Assembly: GCA_963778415.1 (NCBI GenBank)
Contig: CAVZUI010000009.1
Coordinates: 70,169 to 134,168 of the forward strand
DNA: 64,000 bases
Source: an uncultured Acidimicrobiales bacterium
Lineage (GTDB): Bacteria > Actinomycetota > Acidimicrobiia > Acidimicrobiales > VFJN01
Direction of reading: 5' to 3'
The position numbers and the translations under genes are program-made. This document shows positions 10,444 to 21,826 of the stretch, piece by piece. Each line of letters starts with the position of its first letter. The stretch's first letter is position 1. Under the pieces are notes generated by a model. The model was not told where the DNA came from, made no database searches, and saw nothing but the letters and a program-made list of their open reading frames with translations.

Positions 10444-10478
10444 CGGACCATCGTCGCAGCATCCGGGACCTTTGCCAC
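10444..10478. promoter_or_regulatory. Two tandem DosR/DevR-like boxes between GH65 and the sigma factor
   Basis: CGGACCATCGTCGC (10444-10457) and GGGACCTTTGCCAC (10465-10478) vs core GGGAC-N4-GNCCC; starts 21 bp apart. Confidence 0.4.
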
Positions 10479-10560
10479 TGAACCGTGAGCCCTGCGCCTC
10501 TCGACGTGTCGGTCGCCGGCACCGTCGTGCTCGATCCGGGCTTGTCGGAGGCCGACTCGG

Positions 10561-11454
10561 ATGACAGGATTTTCCCTTCCCCGGCGCCCTCAGGGGGCCA
10601 GCTTGGCGCAACGCGGAGGTCCAGCTTCGACGGGACGCGCGGATTCCGGGGAACCTCGCGAGCGCGGTGCGCGACTACCGCCCGAGCGGGAGCGTGAGCT
10701 GGTCGTGGCAACGGAGCGCGGGGACGAGGCGGCGTGCCGGCAGCTCGTCGACTCGTTCCTGCCGGCGATCGGGGCCGTCGCCCGTCGCTTCGGTGCCGGT
10801 GGCGGAGTGCAGCGCACCGAGCTGATGCAGGAGGGGATCGCGGGGTTGCTCTACGCCGCCAAGCGCTACGACCAGAGAATGGAGACGCCGTTCTGGGGTT
10901 ACGCGTCGTTCTGGGTGCGCAAGGCCATGCAGGAGCTGGTCGCAGAGGTGACACGGCCGATGGCCCTCTCCGACCACGCCGTCCGGGGCCTCGCCAGGGT
11001 CAAGGCCGCCCGCCGCGATCTCCTGGAGGCCTCGGGCGCCGAACCGACGGAGGAGGAGCTCGCGGCCGCGACGGGCTTCACCCGATCGAAGCTCACCACC
11101 TTGCTGACGATCGACCGGACGCCGCGTAGCTTCGAGGAGCCGCTGGGAGCCGACGGGGATGCCACAGCCTTCGGGGAGATGGTTGCCGACCCGGGTGGGG
11201 AGAAGGGGTACGAGCACGTCCTCGACACGATGGTGGTCCAGGAGGTGCGGCATCTCGCCGACCGGCTCGACGAGCGGGAGCGCACGGTGTTGCGGGGCCA
11301 CTACGGATTCGGCCGGCCCCCGCAGACGTTGAACGAGATCGGTTCTGATCTGGGGCTGACGGCCGAGCGGATCCGACAGATCGAGAACAAGGCGCTGGAG
11401 AAGCTCCGCGAGGCGGCTGCGCAGCCGTCGACTGTCATCGCCCAGGTCACTTGA
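10561..11454 (+). CDS. Sigma-70 family RNA polymerase sigma factor with regions 2, 3 and 4
   Basis: ELMQEGIAGLLYAAKRYD...FWGYASFWVRKAM (region 2); EPTEEELAAATG (region 3); TLNEIGSDLGLTAERIRQIENKALEKLR (region 4). Confidence 0.93.
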   Translation: MTGFSLPRRPQGASLAQRGGPASTGRADSGEPRERGARLPPERERELVVATERGDEAACRQLVDSFLPAIGAVARRFGAGGGVQRTELMQEGIAGLLYAAKRYDQRMETPFWGYASFWVRKAMQELVAEVTRPMALSDHAVRGLARVKAARRDLLEASGAEPTEEELAAATGFTRSKLTTLLTIDRTPRSFEEPLGADGDATAFGEMVADPGGEKGYEHVLDTMVVQEVRHLADRLDERERTVLRGHYGFGRPPQTLNEIGSDLGLTAERIRQIENKALEKLREAAAQPSTVIAQVT

Positions 11455-11489
11455 ATCCAGGAGATCAGCGCTTACTCCCTCAGGAAGTC

Positions 11490-12402
11490 ATGAGCACTGA
11501 GAACGCTACGCTGCGTCACAGCGCCTTCGTCTACGAGGTCGACGACGACTACCTCGCACGTTCGGTCGCGTTCCTGAACGACGGGCTCGAGGTGGGCGAA
11601 GGCTGCATCTTCGCCCAGACCCGTGACCGGATCGCCATGATGCGCGATGCGCTCGGGCCTGACGCCGACCGGGTGGCGTTCGTCGACGTCAGCTCGACGT
11701 ACACGCGTCCTGCCCGCGCCGTGGCGGCCTACTACGGAACGTTCCTCGGTCAGCTGGAGAACGCTCCTTCGGTACGTGCCCTGGCCGAGTTCCAGTTCGA
11801 CCCGACGCCCGGGGACTGGGACGAGTGGGCGGGATACGAGGCGATCACCAACCTGGCCTACTCCCACCTGCCGGTCTGGGTCGTCTGCACGTACAACGCG
11901 AACGGACTGCCGGATCCGGTTCTGGAGGATGTGTGGCGCACCCACCCGGAGATGCTCACCGATCGATGGGTCGAGAGCGACCACTTCGAGGATCCGAGGC
12001 AGCTGGTGCGGAGCTCTGAACGGCGAGCCTGAGCCGCTCCCGGAGCTCTGCTCACACGCGGTCGGCGGCGACCTCGAGGGCTTCCGCGAGGTGCTGGCGC
12101 GCGGGCTGGTGGCCGAAAGGGTGCCGGAGGCCAAGGCCTTCGACATGCTCGTCGCGGGCACCGAGATCGCCGCGAACGCGGTGCAGCACGGCGGCGGGAT
12201 CGAGGACGTTCGCGTGGGGCGCGCCCACGGACGTTTCGTCTGCGAGGTCGTCGACCGTGGACGCGGCTTCGACGACCCTGTGGCCGGCTATCTCGTGCCG
12301 CGGGAGGGCATCGGCGCCGGCTTGTGGATCGCTCGCCAGTTGACCTGGAGGGTCGAGTTCTTCCACTCGCCCCAGGGATTCACCGTGCGGATCTGGCAGT
12401 AG
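11490..12402 (+). CDS. MEDS sensor domain fused to HATPase anti-sigma-type domain (PrsR/RsbA-like); frameshift near 12020
   Basis: LRHSAFVY...FLNDGLEVGE...YEAITNLAY...WVVCTYN...RTHP (MEDS); EIAANAVQHGGG, CEVVDRGRGFDDP, GAGLWIARQL. Confidence 0.88.
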
Positions 12403-12529
12403 CAGGCGTTGCGCGCCTCCGCTCGACGCGGGCCAGAACGCGCTTGGGTTCTGGGCTCTGCCGCTTACTAAGACTCCAAGCGAGTCTCAGGACCAAGTCC
12501 CCTAGACGGTCGAGTCGAGGGGGAAGCAG

Positions 12530-14638
12530 ATGCCCCGCAATCCATGGCTGGCCATCGACGAGGCCACCACGCCCAGCCTCCATGCCCGCGCCATGCGGCG
12601 GGAATGGGAGGAGTTCGTCAGTCGGGGCCTGGTGAGTCGGGTGCGTGCACCGGTCGCCGACTCGTGGCGCCGCTCGCTCGACGCGGGAGTCGACCCCTCG
12701 GGGAGCAGGTTGGCGCCGGTGTCGGCAGATCGTGACGAGGCGTTGGCACGGTGGGATCTCCATCCCCTGAAGGAGGCGGCACCGCTGATCCGTCACTCTC
12801 TGGCGAGCATCGCCGACGAGTCGGATCACCTGATCGTCGTGAGCGACGCAGACGGCGTGCTCCTTCAGCTCGACGGCAACGCCAGGGTTCGTTCCCAGGC
12901 GGCAGACTCCATGAACTTCACCGAAGGCGCGCTGTGGAGTGAGGAAGGTGCGGGGACGAACGCAGTCGGCACGGCCCTGGCGGCGGACCACGCCGTCCAG
13001 ATCTTCGCCACCGAGCACTTCAGCGAGGTCGTCCAGGACTGGACCTGCTCAGCGGCCCCCGTCCGCGATCCGGACACCGGTGAGCTGCTCGGTGTGATCG
13101 ACCTGACCGGACTGCTGAGGACGGTGCACCCACGCAGCCTCGCGGTCGCCGTGACCACGGCACGAGCCGTCGAAGCCCATCTCCGCGACCGCCTGGGAGA
13201 GCTCGACGAGCGGCTTCGGGCGCGCTTTCAGGCGCGCACCTTGGGAGGCGCCCACCGTCGCGCGACTCGTGGTCCCGAGCGGACGTGTCGTCTCCGACGA
13301 TTCCCGAGGGTGGTTGCACGGCACGCGGCTCGAGGTGCCGGCGGGCGGAGGCGAGCTGGTGCTCCCTTCCGGGGGGCATGCGGTCGCGGAGCCCGTCGGA
13401 CACGGGGAGGCCTACATCGTGCGGGAGCTCGGCGGCGATCGAGTGCCGAGGCGCCGTCCCGATGACGAGCTGCGCATGGTCACCGACGAACAGGCCGCGC
13501 TGCGGCGCCTGGCGATGGCTGTCGCGCGTGATGTGCCCCCGGCGGAGATCTTCACCGCGGTTGCCGACGAGATCGGCCCGCTCCTCGGCGCCGACGAGGC
13601 CGCCGTGGTCCGTTTCGAGTCCGACCGTACCGCCACCGTCGTCGCCAGCCGGGGATATTGCCGTCACCAGCTCGAGGCCGACATGCGTGTCGAGCTCGAT
13701 GACTCCCTGGCCATCACGGCGGTCTTCCGCACCGGTCGTTCTGCTCGGGTGGACGACGAGGACTACCGCACGGCGTCGGGGGCGATCGCCGACTTCCTGC
13801 GTCGGATGGGGACCCGCTCGGCGGTCGCCAGCCCGATCACCGTCGAGGGCGGACTGTGGGGCGCGATCGTCGCGTCGACGAGATGCGACCTCCTGCCGGC
13901 CGACACCGAGGAGCGCATGGCCAACTTCGCCGAGCTCGTCGCCACCGTGATATCGAGCGCCGAGAGCCGGGCGGAGCTCACAGCCTCCCGCGCCCGCGTG
14001 GTCGCCGCCGGCGACCAGGCCAGACGTCGCATCCAACGCGACCTGCACGACGGCGCGCAGCAGCGTCTCGTCGCCACGGTGGTGACGCTCCAGACGGCAC
14101 GGGTCGTGCTCGGCGACGCGACCGGGCCCGTCGTCGATCTGGTGGACGAGGCGCTCGCGCACGCTGAGGCCGGCGAACGCCGAGCTGCGCGAGCTCGCCC
14201 ACGGAATCCTGCCTGCCGCGCTCACCCACGGCGGACTGCGCGCCGGCGTCGGTGCGCTGGTCTCGCGAGTCCGTCTGCCCGTGTCTGTCGACGTGACCGG
14301 CGAGCGATTCCCGGCAGCTCTGGAGGCGACCGCCTACTTCATCGTCGCAGAGGCACTGACCAACGCCGTCAGGCACGCCCACGCCACCAGCGCGCAGATC
14401 GTCGCCGTCGTCGACGGCGGCAACCTGCAGCTCGAGGTCCGCGACGACGGCGTCGGCGGCGCCACGTCCAACGGGAGCTCCGGGCTGCTCGGGCTCCGCG
14501 ACCGCGCCGCCGCCGCTGAACGGCGCGCTGCGGATCGAGAGTCCTCCGGGCGAGGGGACTGCGGTCGCCGCCACGCTCCCGATCACGGGCGCGACCTCCC
14601 CGATCCCGGAAGAGTCGACGACGACCGCGAAATTTTGA
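12530..14638 (+). CDS. AcoR-type GAF + GAF + HisKA_3/HATPase cytoplasmic sensor histidine kinase (frameshifts near 13265, 14175, 14515)
   Basis: VADSWRRS, GAGTNAVGTAL, WTCSAAPVRDP; second GAF EQAALRRLA; RRRIQRDLHDGAQQRL; EALTNAVRHA; DDGVGGA; GLLGLRDR. Confidence 0.85.
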
Positions 14639-14718
14639 CACCTCGTTCACGACTCCGTACGTACCGTGAGTCGGGAGCCAGAAGAGCGGGCGGAGAACAG
14701 ATCCCGGGGGGTGATCTC

Positions 14719-16803
14719 GTGCTCCGAATCCCGCACGCCGTCCGATCGCAGGCCGGCAGGCGCCGGTCGAGGACAACGGCCGTGGTGACCACGATGTCGG
14801 CGTTGCTGCTCGCCATCACGTCCGTCGTCGTGACCGGTGCCGCCGCTCAGGCGGCGCCGTCCGCGGCGACCGGCACGGCGACGGCCGACCACCGAGGGCC
14901 CGTCTACCTCGACGCCCACCAGCCGACGCACCGGCGCGTCGCCGACCTGTTGCGGCGGATGACGCTCGAAGAGAAGGTCGGGCAGATGACGCAGACCGAG
15001 CGCGGGGCGGTCTTCGGCAACCCGTCGCTGATCGCCGAGTGGCAGGTCGGGTCCGTGCTGTCCGGCGGCGGCTCGACCCCGCCGGTCAACGACCCCGGCG
15101 GCGTGGCTCGAGATGGTCAACAGCTTCCAGGAGCAGGCGCTGACCACGCGCCTGCAGATCCCGATCATCTACGGCATCGACGCCGTGCACGGGCTCGGCA
15201 TCGTGCAGGGAGCGACGATCTTCCCGCACAACGTCGGGCTCGGCGCGACCCGCGACACCCGACTGGTCGAGGCGATCGGCGAGGCGACCGCCGCGGAGAC
15301 GCGGGCCATCGGCGTCCCGTGGAACTTCGCGCCCTGCGTGTGCGTCACCCTCGATGAGCGGTGGGGCCGCTCGTACGAGAGCTACGGCGAGGACCCGGGG
15401 CTGGTCACGCAGCTGGGCACCGCGGTGATCGACGGCCTCCAGGGCCGCGACCTGTCGTCGGACGGCAGCGTGATCGCGACGCCGAAGCACTTCGCCGGCG
15501 ACGGCCACACGCGGTTCAACGAGCAGACCGCCGAGGCCAACGAGGGCCTGCCGCCCGAGCAGCAGGCGTTCACCATCGACCAGGGCATCACGGTCACGAA
15601 CCGGCGTGACTTCATGCGCATCGACGTCTCGCCGTACGCGGACGCGATCCGCCGGGCAGCCGACGTCGGCAGCGTGATGCCGTCGTTCTCGAGCGTCGAC
15701 TCGTCGAGGACGGCGTCGGCAACCCCATGAAGATGCACGCCAACCGCGAGCTGATCACCGGACTGCTCAAGGGGCAGCTCGACTTCGACGGCTTCGTCAT
15801 CTCCGACTGGGAGGGCATCCACCAGATCCCCGACCCGACCGATCCCACCAACACGGGTCTCACCCCGTACAAGGTGCGGATCGGCGCCAACGCCGGCATC
15901 GACATGTTCATGGAGCCCAACAACGCGCCAGCAGTTCGAGGACCTGCTGCTGGCCGAGGTCGAGGCGGGCCGGGTGCGCATGCGCACGCATCGACGACGC
16001 GGTCAGCCGGATCCTGCGCGGCGAAGTTCGAGCTCGGGTTGTTCGAGCAGCCCTTCGCGTCGGACGACAACGTCGACGAGGTCGGCAGCGACGAGCACCG
16101 GGCGCTGGCACGCCAGGCGGTCGCGGAGTCGCAGGTGCTGCTCAAGAACGACAACGGCGCACTGCCGCTCGACCCCGACGGGCGACATCTACGTCGCCGG
16201 CCGCAACGCCGACGACATCGGCAACCAGGCCGGCGGCTGGACCATCCAGTGGCAGGGCGTCTCGGGCGACGACCATCGCCGGGCACCACCATCCTCGAGG
16301 GCATCCGCGAGGTGGCGCCCGCGCGCCAACGTCACCTACAGCGCCGACGCGTCGGCGCCGATCGACGGTGCCGACGTCGGCATCGTGGTCGTCGGCGAGA
16401 CGCCGTACTCCGAGGGCTTCGGCGACGTCGACGGCCCCGAGTGGCAGTTCGGCGACCCGGAGCCGCAGCAGGAGGAGAAGTCGCTCTCGCTGCTGCCCGG
16501 CGACCAGGCGGTCATCGACACGGTCTGCAGCGCGATCGCCAGACGTGCGTCGTGCTCGTCGTCTCGGGTCGCCCGCAGGTGCTCACCGACCAGCTCGGCG
16601 AGATGGACGCGCTCGTCGCCTCGTGGCTGCCCGGCAGCGAGGGCGCGGGCGTGGCCGACGTGCTGTTCGGGACGCGAGCCGTTCACCGGCCGGCTGTCGG
16701 TCACGTGGCCGCGCAGCGAGGACGCAGGTGCCGATCAACGTGGGTGACCGCAACTACCAGCCCGTTGTTCCCCTACGGCTTCGGCCTGAGGACGCGCACC
16801 TAG
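14719..16803 (+). CDS. Secreted GH3 beta-glucosidase, several frameshifts
   Basis: Signal peptide ending AAAQA; MTLEEKVGQMTQ; GIDAVHG; RWGRSYESYGED; KHFAGDG; nucleophile FVISDW; SQVLLKN; YGFGL. Confidence 0.93.
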
Positions 16804-16848
16804 GTGGAGTGACCACGGACCGCTTGTTCGGGTCCGCTGAACGAGAGT

Positions 16849-16904
16849 GAGCCCCCTGGGCGAGCGTGGACCTGTCCAGGAACCATGCTCGGACCAGGGG
16901 GCTC
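16849..16904. terminator. Long inverted repeat between convergent genes
   Basis: GAGCCCCCTGG-g-CGAGCGTGG ... CCATGCTCG-ga-CCAGGGGGCTC; no U-tract. Confidence 0.55.
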
Positions 16905-16953
16905 CTGGCCATGCTGACCGAGCCGTGGGTCGGCGGCGCGGGGCCGAACGCCG

Positions 16954-18117
16954 TCAGGCGCCCGTCGACGCCGCCGCGGCGGCCGTCGCGGCGCGCACCA
17001 ACGTCTCGCTGCGGGGGTCGCCGGCGGGGTCGAAGCGCAGGTCGTTCGTCACGTAGCCGAACGCCAGGCCCGCTGGCCGGGTCGGCGAACGAGAGCGAGC
17101 CGCCGGCTCCGGCGTGCCCGAACGCGGTCGGCGGGTTCGCCGCTCCGAAGCTGGAGCCGAGCATGAACCCCAGGCCGAAGCAGGTGTCGATCATGATGAC
17201 GGCGTCGGGACCGCTCGCCTGCTCGGTCGGTGGCGGCGGCGACCGTGTCGGCTGCGAGCACACGGTGGCCGTCGACGCCGTCACCGATGCAACGCGGCGT
17301 AGATCCGGGCGAGACCGCGGGCGTTCGCCGACGCCGTTGGAGGACGGCAGCTCGCACGCCCGGAGCCGGCGGGTGTTCCACATGTCGTCGTAGTCGAAGT
17401 GGCCTGCCGGGTTGGCTGAACACGCGGGCCAGCAGCAAGGTGTCGCCGAACGGTGCGAGGGCTCCTTGAGGCTGGTGGCGGGCGGCACGAGCGTCGGCGA
17501 CGCGGGGCTCGAGCTCGCCGGGCAGCCCGACCCAGAGGTCGACGCCGAGCGGGCCGGTGACCTCGTCGCGGAGGAAGGTGCCGGGCGTGCGGCCGGTCGT
17601 GCGGCGCAGCAGCTCGCCCACGAGCCAGCCGAAGGTGCGCATGTGGTAGCCGTGCTGCGTCCCTGGCTCCCACAGCGGCGCCTGGGCGGCCAGCGCGGTC
17701 GACGACCGGGTCCCACGGCGAGCGCCTCGTCCAGGTGACAGGTCCGCCTCGACGAGCGGCAGGCCGGCCTGGTGGCTGAGCACCTGCCGCACGGTGATCG
17801 CCTCCTTGCCGCCGGCGGCGAACTCGGGCCAGTAGGAGGCGACCGTCGCGTCCGGATCGAGCAGGCCGCGCTCGATGGCCAGGTTGGCGCCGACCGCGGT
17901 CACGCCCTTGGTCGACGAGAACACGGTGACGATCGTGTCCTCGGCCCACGGGCGGCCGCTCGTGGGGTCGGCGACGCCGCCCCAGAGGTCGACGACCTTC
18001 CGGCCGTCGAGGTACACGCACACCGCGGCGCCGACCTCGCCCCGCTCGTCGAAGTTGGCCGCGAACGCGTCGCGCGACGCCCTCCCAGCCCGGCTCGACG
18101 AGCCCGTCGGTCCTCAT
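16954..18117 (-). CDS. Serine hydrolase, beta-lactamase-like/EstB esterase family (frameshifted)
   Basis: VVDLWGG, SxxK in FSSTKG, LSHQAGL, HGYH, FGHAGAGGS. Confidence 0.92.
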
Positions 18118-18145
18118 CCGTGCTCCCGTCGACGGCGATGGAGAG

Positions 18146-18394
18146 TCAGATCCTGGCACGGACCTTCATGCCGAACGAGGCGTCGTGCGGAACGCGAGCT
18201 CGGCCGGCGACCTCGGTCCACGCGGTGATCAGGGCGTCGAGCTGCAGGTCGAAGAGCGCGTCGGCCGTGGTCGGAGCGGCGTCGACGCCGCGGGCGAGCG
18301 ACGGCGCCTGGTCGCCCGGACCGAGGTCGAGGTGGTCGCGTGGGGGGTCTTGGGCGGGGTTGAGGATGGTCGAGCCGGAGGCGAGGGTCTCCAT
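18146..18394 (-). CDS. Hypothetical protein (82 aa)
   Basis: Fills the gap upstream of the hydrolase; amphipathic LFDLQLDALITAWTEV; no recognisable motif. Confidence 0.4.
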   Translation of the reverse strand: METLASGSTILNPAQDPPRDHLDLGPGDQAPSLARGVDAAPTTADALFDLQLDALITAWTEVAGRARVPHDASFGMKVRARI

Positions 18395-18450
18395 GGAGTC
18401 GACGCCGTTCCGGCGACGAGCCCGAACCCGCGAGCAGTAGGAGCGCCACC

Positions 18451-19509
18451 GTGCCCATCCCTTCCACCGTGGACGACCTCACACCGGCGTGGCTCGGTGC
18501 CGCGCTCGGACACCGAGGTCACCTCGGTGACCGTCGTCGACGCCCACTCCGGCACCACCGGCCGGGCCAAGATCCGGGTCGAGGGCGACGGACCTCCCCG
18601 ACACGCTGTTCGTGAAGCTCCGACCGTTCGACGACGAGCAGCGCGGCGTTCCTCACGATGATCGGGCTCGGGGTGTCCGAGGCGAAGCTCTACGCCGCCG
18701 TCGGTGGCGAGCTGCCGGTGCGGGTGCCGAAGGTCTGGCACGCGTCCTACGACGACGCCGATTCCTCGTTCATCATGGTGATGGAGGATCTCGACGCCGC
18801 TGGGTGCCGGTTCGCCACCGCCGAGGACGACGACGTGCTCGCCCATCGCCGAGTCGCTCATGGACGAGCTCGCCGGGCTCCACGCCGCCTACTGGGGCCA
18901 GGATCTGCCGTGGCTCGGCACACACGCCCTGAGCCCGGGGGACAGTCCCGAGGCCCAGGAGCGCATGGCGATGGGCGCGTCGATCGTCCAGATGGCGCCT
19001 CGACCAGTTCGCTGATCGAGCTCCCGCCCGAGTTCCGTCGCCTGGGCGAGATCTACATCGCCCACAACCGCGACATCGGCTCGCTCTGGAACGAGGGCGA
19101 GCGCACCCTCATCCACGGCGACGACCACATCGGCAACCTCTTCGTCGACGGTGGCCGCACCGGCTTCTACGACTGGGCCGTCGCCAGCCTGCTACCCCGG
19201 GATGCGCGACGTCGCCTACTTCCTCTGCAACTCGCTGCCCACCGATGTGCGCCGCGCCGAGCAAGACGCGCTGATCGCCCGCTACCGGAGCCGGGCTGGC
19301 GGCCGGCGGCGTCGACCTCGGCGACGACGCTGGCGATGGAGCAGTACCGCCTGTTCTCCATCTATTCGTGGATCGCGGCCACCACCACCGCTGCCATGGG
19401 CTCGAAGTGGCAGCCGGCCGACGTGGGCTGCCGCGCCACCGAACGCACGACCCAGGCCATCGTCGACCTCGACGTGCTCGGCCTGCTCGCCGACCGAGGC
19501 GTCGGTTGA
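18451..19509 (+). CDS. Aminoglycoside-phosphotransferase/EcKL-like small-molecule kinase (frameshifted)
   Basis: AGGAG RBS; PSTVDDLTPAWL; LFVK; VMEDL; TLIHGDDHIGNLF; FYDW. Confidence 0.85.
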
Positions 19510-19706
19510 GGAGATCGGCGTTGCGGCATCGAAGTGGGTTGACAGTGCGTCGTGAGCGGATGCCCAGCCGTGGATGCAGCGTGAGGCGTCAGCGTCCGGG
19601 GTTCCTGCAGGAGCTCGCCGAGCAGAACCAGTCCTGACGATCGGGGTCCAGGCCACACTGACGGGGTGGTCACGCACGGCATCACGACGGCGAGGAGGAT
19701 CTGCTG

Positions 19707-20258
19707 GTGAGGAACGCTCGCGGGTCCGGACTCGGTCGTCACGTCGTCATCGGTGCGGTGGCCGGCGCGGTCGGCACGGCCGCGATGGATCTCCTGCTCT
19801 ACCGGCGCTATCGCCGTGAGGGCGGCAAGGAGTCCCTCGTGCGGTGGGAGCTGGCCGCCGACGTCACGGGCTGGGACGAGGCGCCCGCCCCGGGACAGCT
19901 CGGCCAGAAGGTCGAGCGGCTCGTCACCGGGCGACCACCCCCCGACGGCTGGGCCCGCACCACGACGAACCTCGTGCACTGGGCCACGGGCATCGGTTGG
20001 GGCGTGCAGTACGCGGTGGTGGCCGGCAAGTCGCGTCGGCACGGGTCGATCCGAGCCCTCGCCCTCGGCCCGGTCGCATGGCTCGCCGGCTACGTGGTGC
20101 TCCCGGCGGCGGGCGTGTACAAGCCGATCTGGGATTACGACGCCCGGACGCTCGCCGAGGACCTGTCCGGCCACCTCGTGTTCGGCACTGTCACGAGCGG
20201 CGTGTTCGCCGCCCTGGCCGGAAGAGACCACGCCCACCGCACGCCGTTGGTGCGATGA
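19707..20258 (+). CDS. Conserved membrane protein (DUF1440-like)
   Basis: GAVAGAVGTAAMD, VHWATGIGWG, YKPIWDYD, DLSGHLVFG. Confidence 0.7.
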   Translation: MRNARGSGLGRHVVIGAVAGAVGTAAMDLLLYRRYRREGGKESLVRWELAADVTGWDEAPAPGQLGQKVERLVTGRPPPDGWARTTTNLVHWATGIGWGVQYAVVAGKSRRHGSIRALALGPVAWLAGYVVLPAAGVYKPIWDYDARTLAEDLSGHLVFGTVTSGVFAALAGRDHAHRTPLVR

Positions 20259-20316
20259 ACACGTGTGGCCGTCAGGTGCCGAAACGCATCGGGCGCGTCG
20301 AGGCGATCGGCCCGCC

Positions 20317-20920
20317 TCACGAGGATCGGGCCGCCGTGCCGGCCGGAAGCAGCGACACGTCGAGCTCGAGATCGACCTCCTCGGCCAACGCGACGCCGCC
20401 GCCGGGGACCGGCGCGTTCCACGTGATTCCCCACACGGCGCGTTGCAGCTTGGCCGTCGCCTTCAGAGCCGAGCCGCGGATTGCCCAGCACATCCGGCGC
20501 ACGGCCGAACACATCGACGTCGAGCCGAACCGGTTGCGTGATGCCACGGATCGTCAGCTCACCGTGCACCGCGTAGCGACCGGCTGCCAGCACCGTCGCT
20601 CCCTGGGCCCGGAAGGAGATCTTGGGATGGCGCCCGACGTCGAAGAACTCCTCGCCCCGCAGGTGGGCGTCGCGCACCCCCATCGCGGTGTCGACCGATG
20701 ACGCGTCGATGTCGACGTCGATCTGCGTCGCGTCCGCGTGCAGCGGATCGATCACGACGGTGCCCGAGAACGATGTGAAGCGGCCGCGCACGAGCGTGAA
20801 CACCGCGTAGCGGGCGACGAACTCGAGCGCCGAATGAGTCGGATCGACCTCCCACGATCCGGCGAGCGGAGACAGGTCGTCGCCGGCGTGCGCATTGATC
20901 AGGGCATGGACGTCGGACAT
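20317..20920 (-). CDS. YceI family polyisoprenoid-binding protein (frameshift near 20465)
   Basis: WEVDPTHS, VRGRF, SVDT, RDAHLRGEEFFDV, GELTIRG. Confidence 0.92.
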
Positions 20921-21011
20921 GCCGGACCTCCGCTTCGTGTGCTCGGGAGATGGAGATTCGGGTTCGGCAGGTCCATGGTCAGCGGCCTCCGTGCACGGTC
21001 TTGAGGGCGGC

Positions 21012-21579
21012 TCAGCCCGGGTCGCCCGTCGCGAAGCTGATGTTCGCCGTGTCGACGGTCCCGCCGCGGCGCCCGGGTGCGCTCTGCCCGTCCCAGTAGA
21101 GATTGGTGTGCGCGATCACCTTGTCCGGGGGAGGGGCGCCCCACTCGCTGAGGTCCTCCGTCGTGTGCGCGTCGCTGACCAGTGTCACGTCGTACCCGCG
21201 GACGAACCCGCCGTGGATGGTCGAGCGGACGCACTCGTCGGTCTGGGCGCCCGCCACGACGAGACGGCCGACCCCATGCTCGGCGAGGAGCGCCTCCAGC
21301 TCGGTGCCCTCGAACGAGTCGGCGTACGTCTTGTGGACCAGAGGCTCGGAGTCGTGTCGGGCCAGCTCCGGCACGTACTGCCAGCTGTCGCTGCCCCACG
21401 CGACCTGGTCGTCGGAGTGCTGCACCCAGACCACCGGGACTCCCTCGGTGCGTGCCTTGTCGATCAGGGTGTTGATGTTCGCGATCACACCGTCGCGGTT
21501 GTGGGCGTTGGCCACGATCCCGTTCTGGACGTCGATCACGAGCAGCGCGGTGTTCGCGCCGATCGGGCAGCGTCGTCAT
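21012..21579 (-). CDS. Isochorismatase-family cysteine hydrolase (frameshift near start)
   Basis: GAGGAGG RBS; ALLVIDVQNG; HKTYADSF; GAQTDECVRST; DAHTT. Confidence 0.92.
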
Positions 21580-21826
21580 GGGAACCTCCTCACGAGCCAT
21601 GTCCCCCGGGCGACGCAGGCGGAAACGGCGGATCATGCGAGCCGGCATGTCGGTCTGATCTGGCGCGGGCGCCCGCTCGCACGTCATCCGTGAGCGCCAC
21701 CCGCACACAATGCCCGTTCTCGTCCTCGTCCGCACGGCGCGGTCGCCGGCGTCGGCGACACGGGCGCGGGGAGTGGCGTCCCGTGCCGCCGTGGGCGTCA
21801 GGCTCGGGCCACGAACGCGCTGCGGA

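Noticed and set aside
16954-19509. Antibiotic resistance pair (beta-lactamase plus aminoglycoside kinase)
   Set aside because: Motifs fit EstB-type esterases (no signal peptide, no KTG) and EcKL-like kinases common in environmental actinobacteria
19510-19700. Gene-tail-like GFLQELAEQNQS* and a TTGACA hexamer
   Set aside because: Too short to assign; no matching -10 identified
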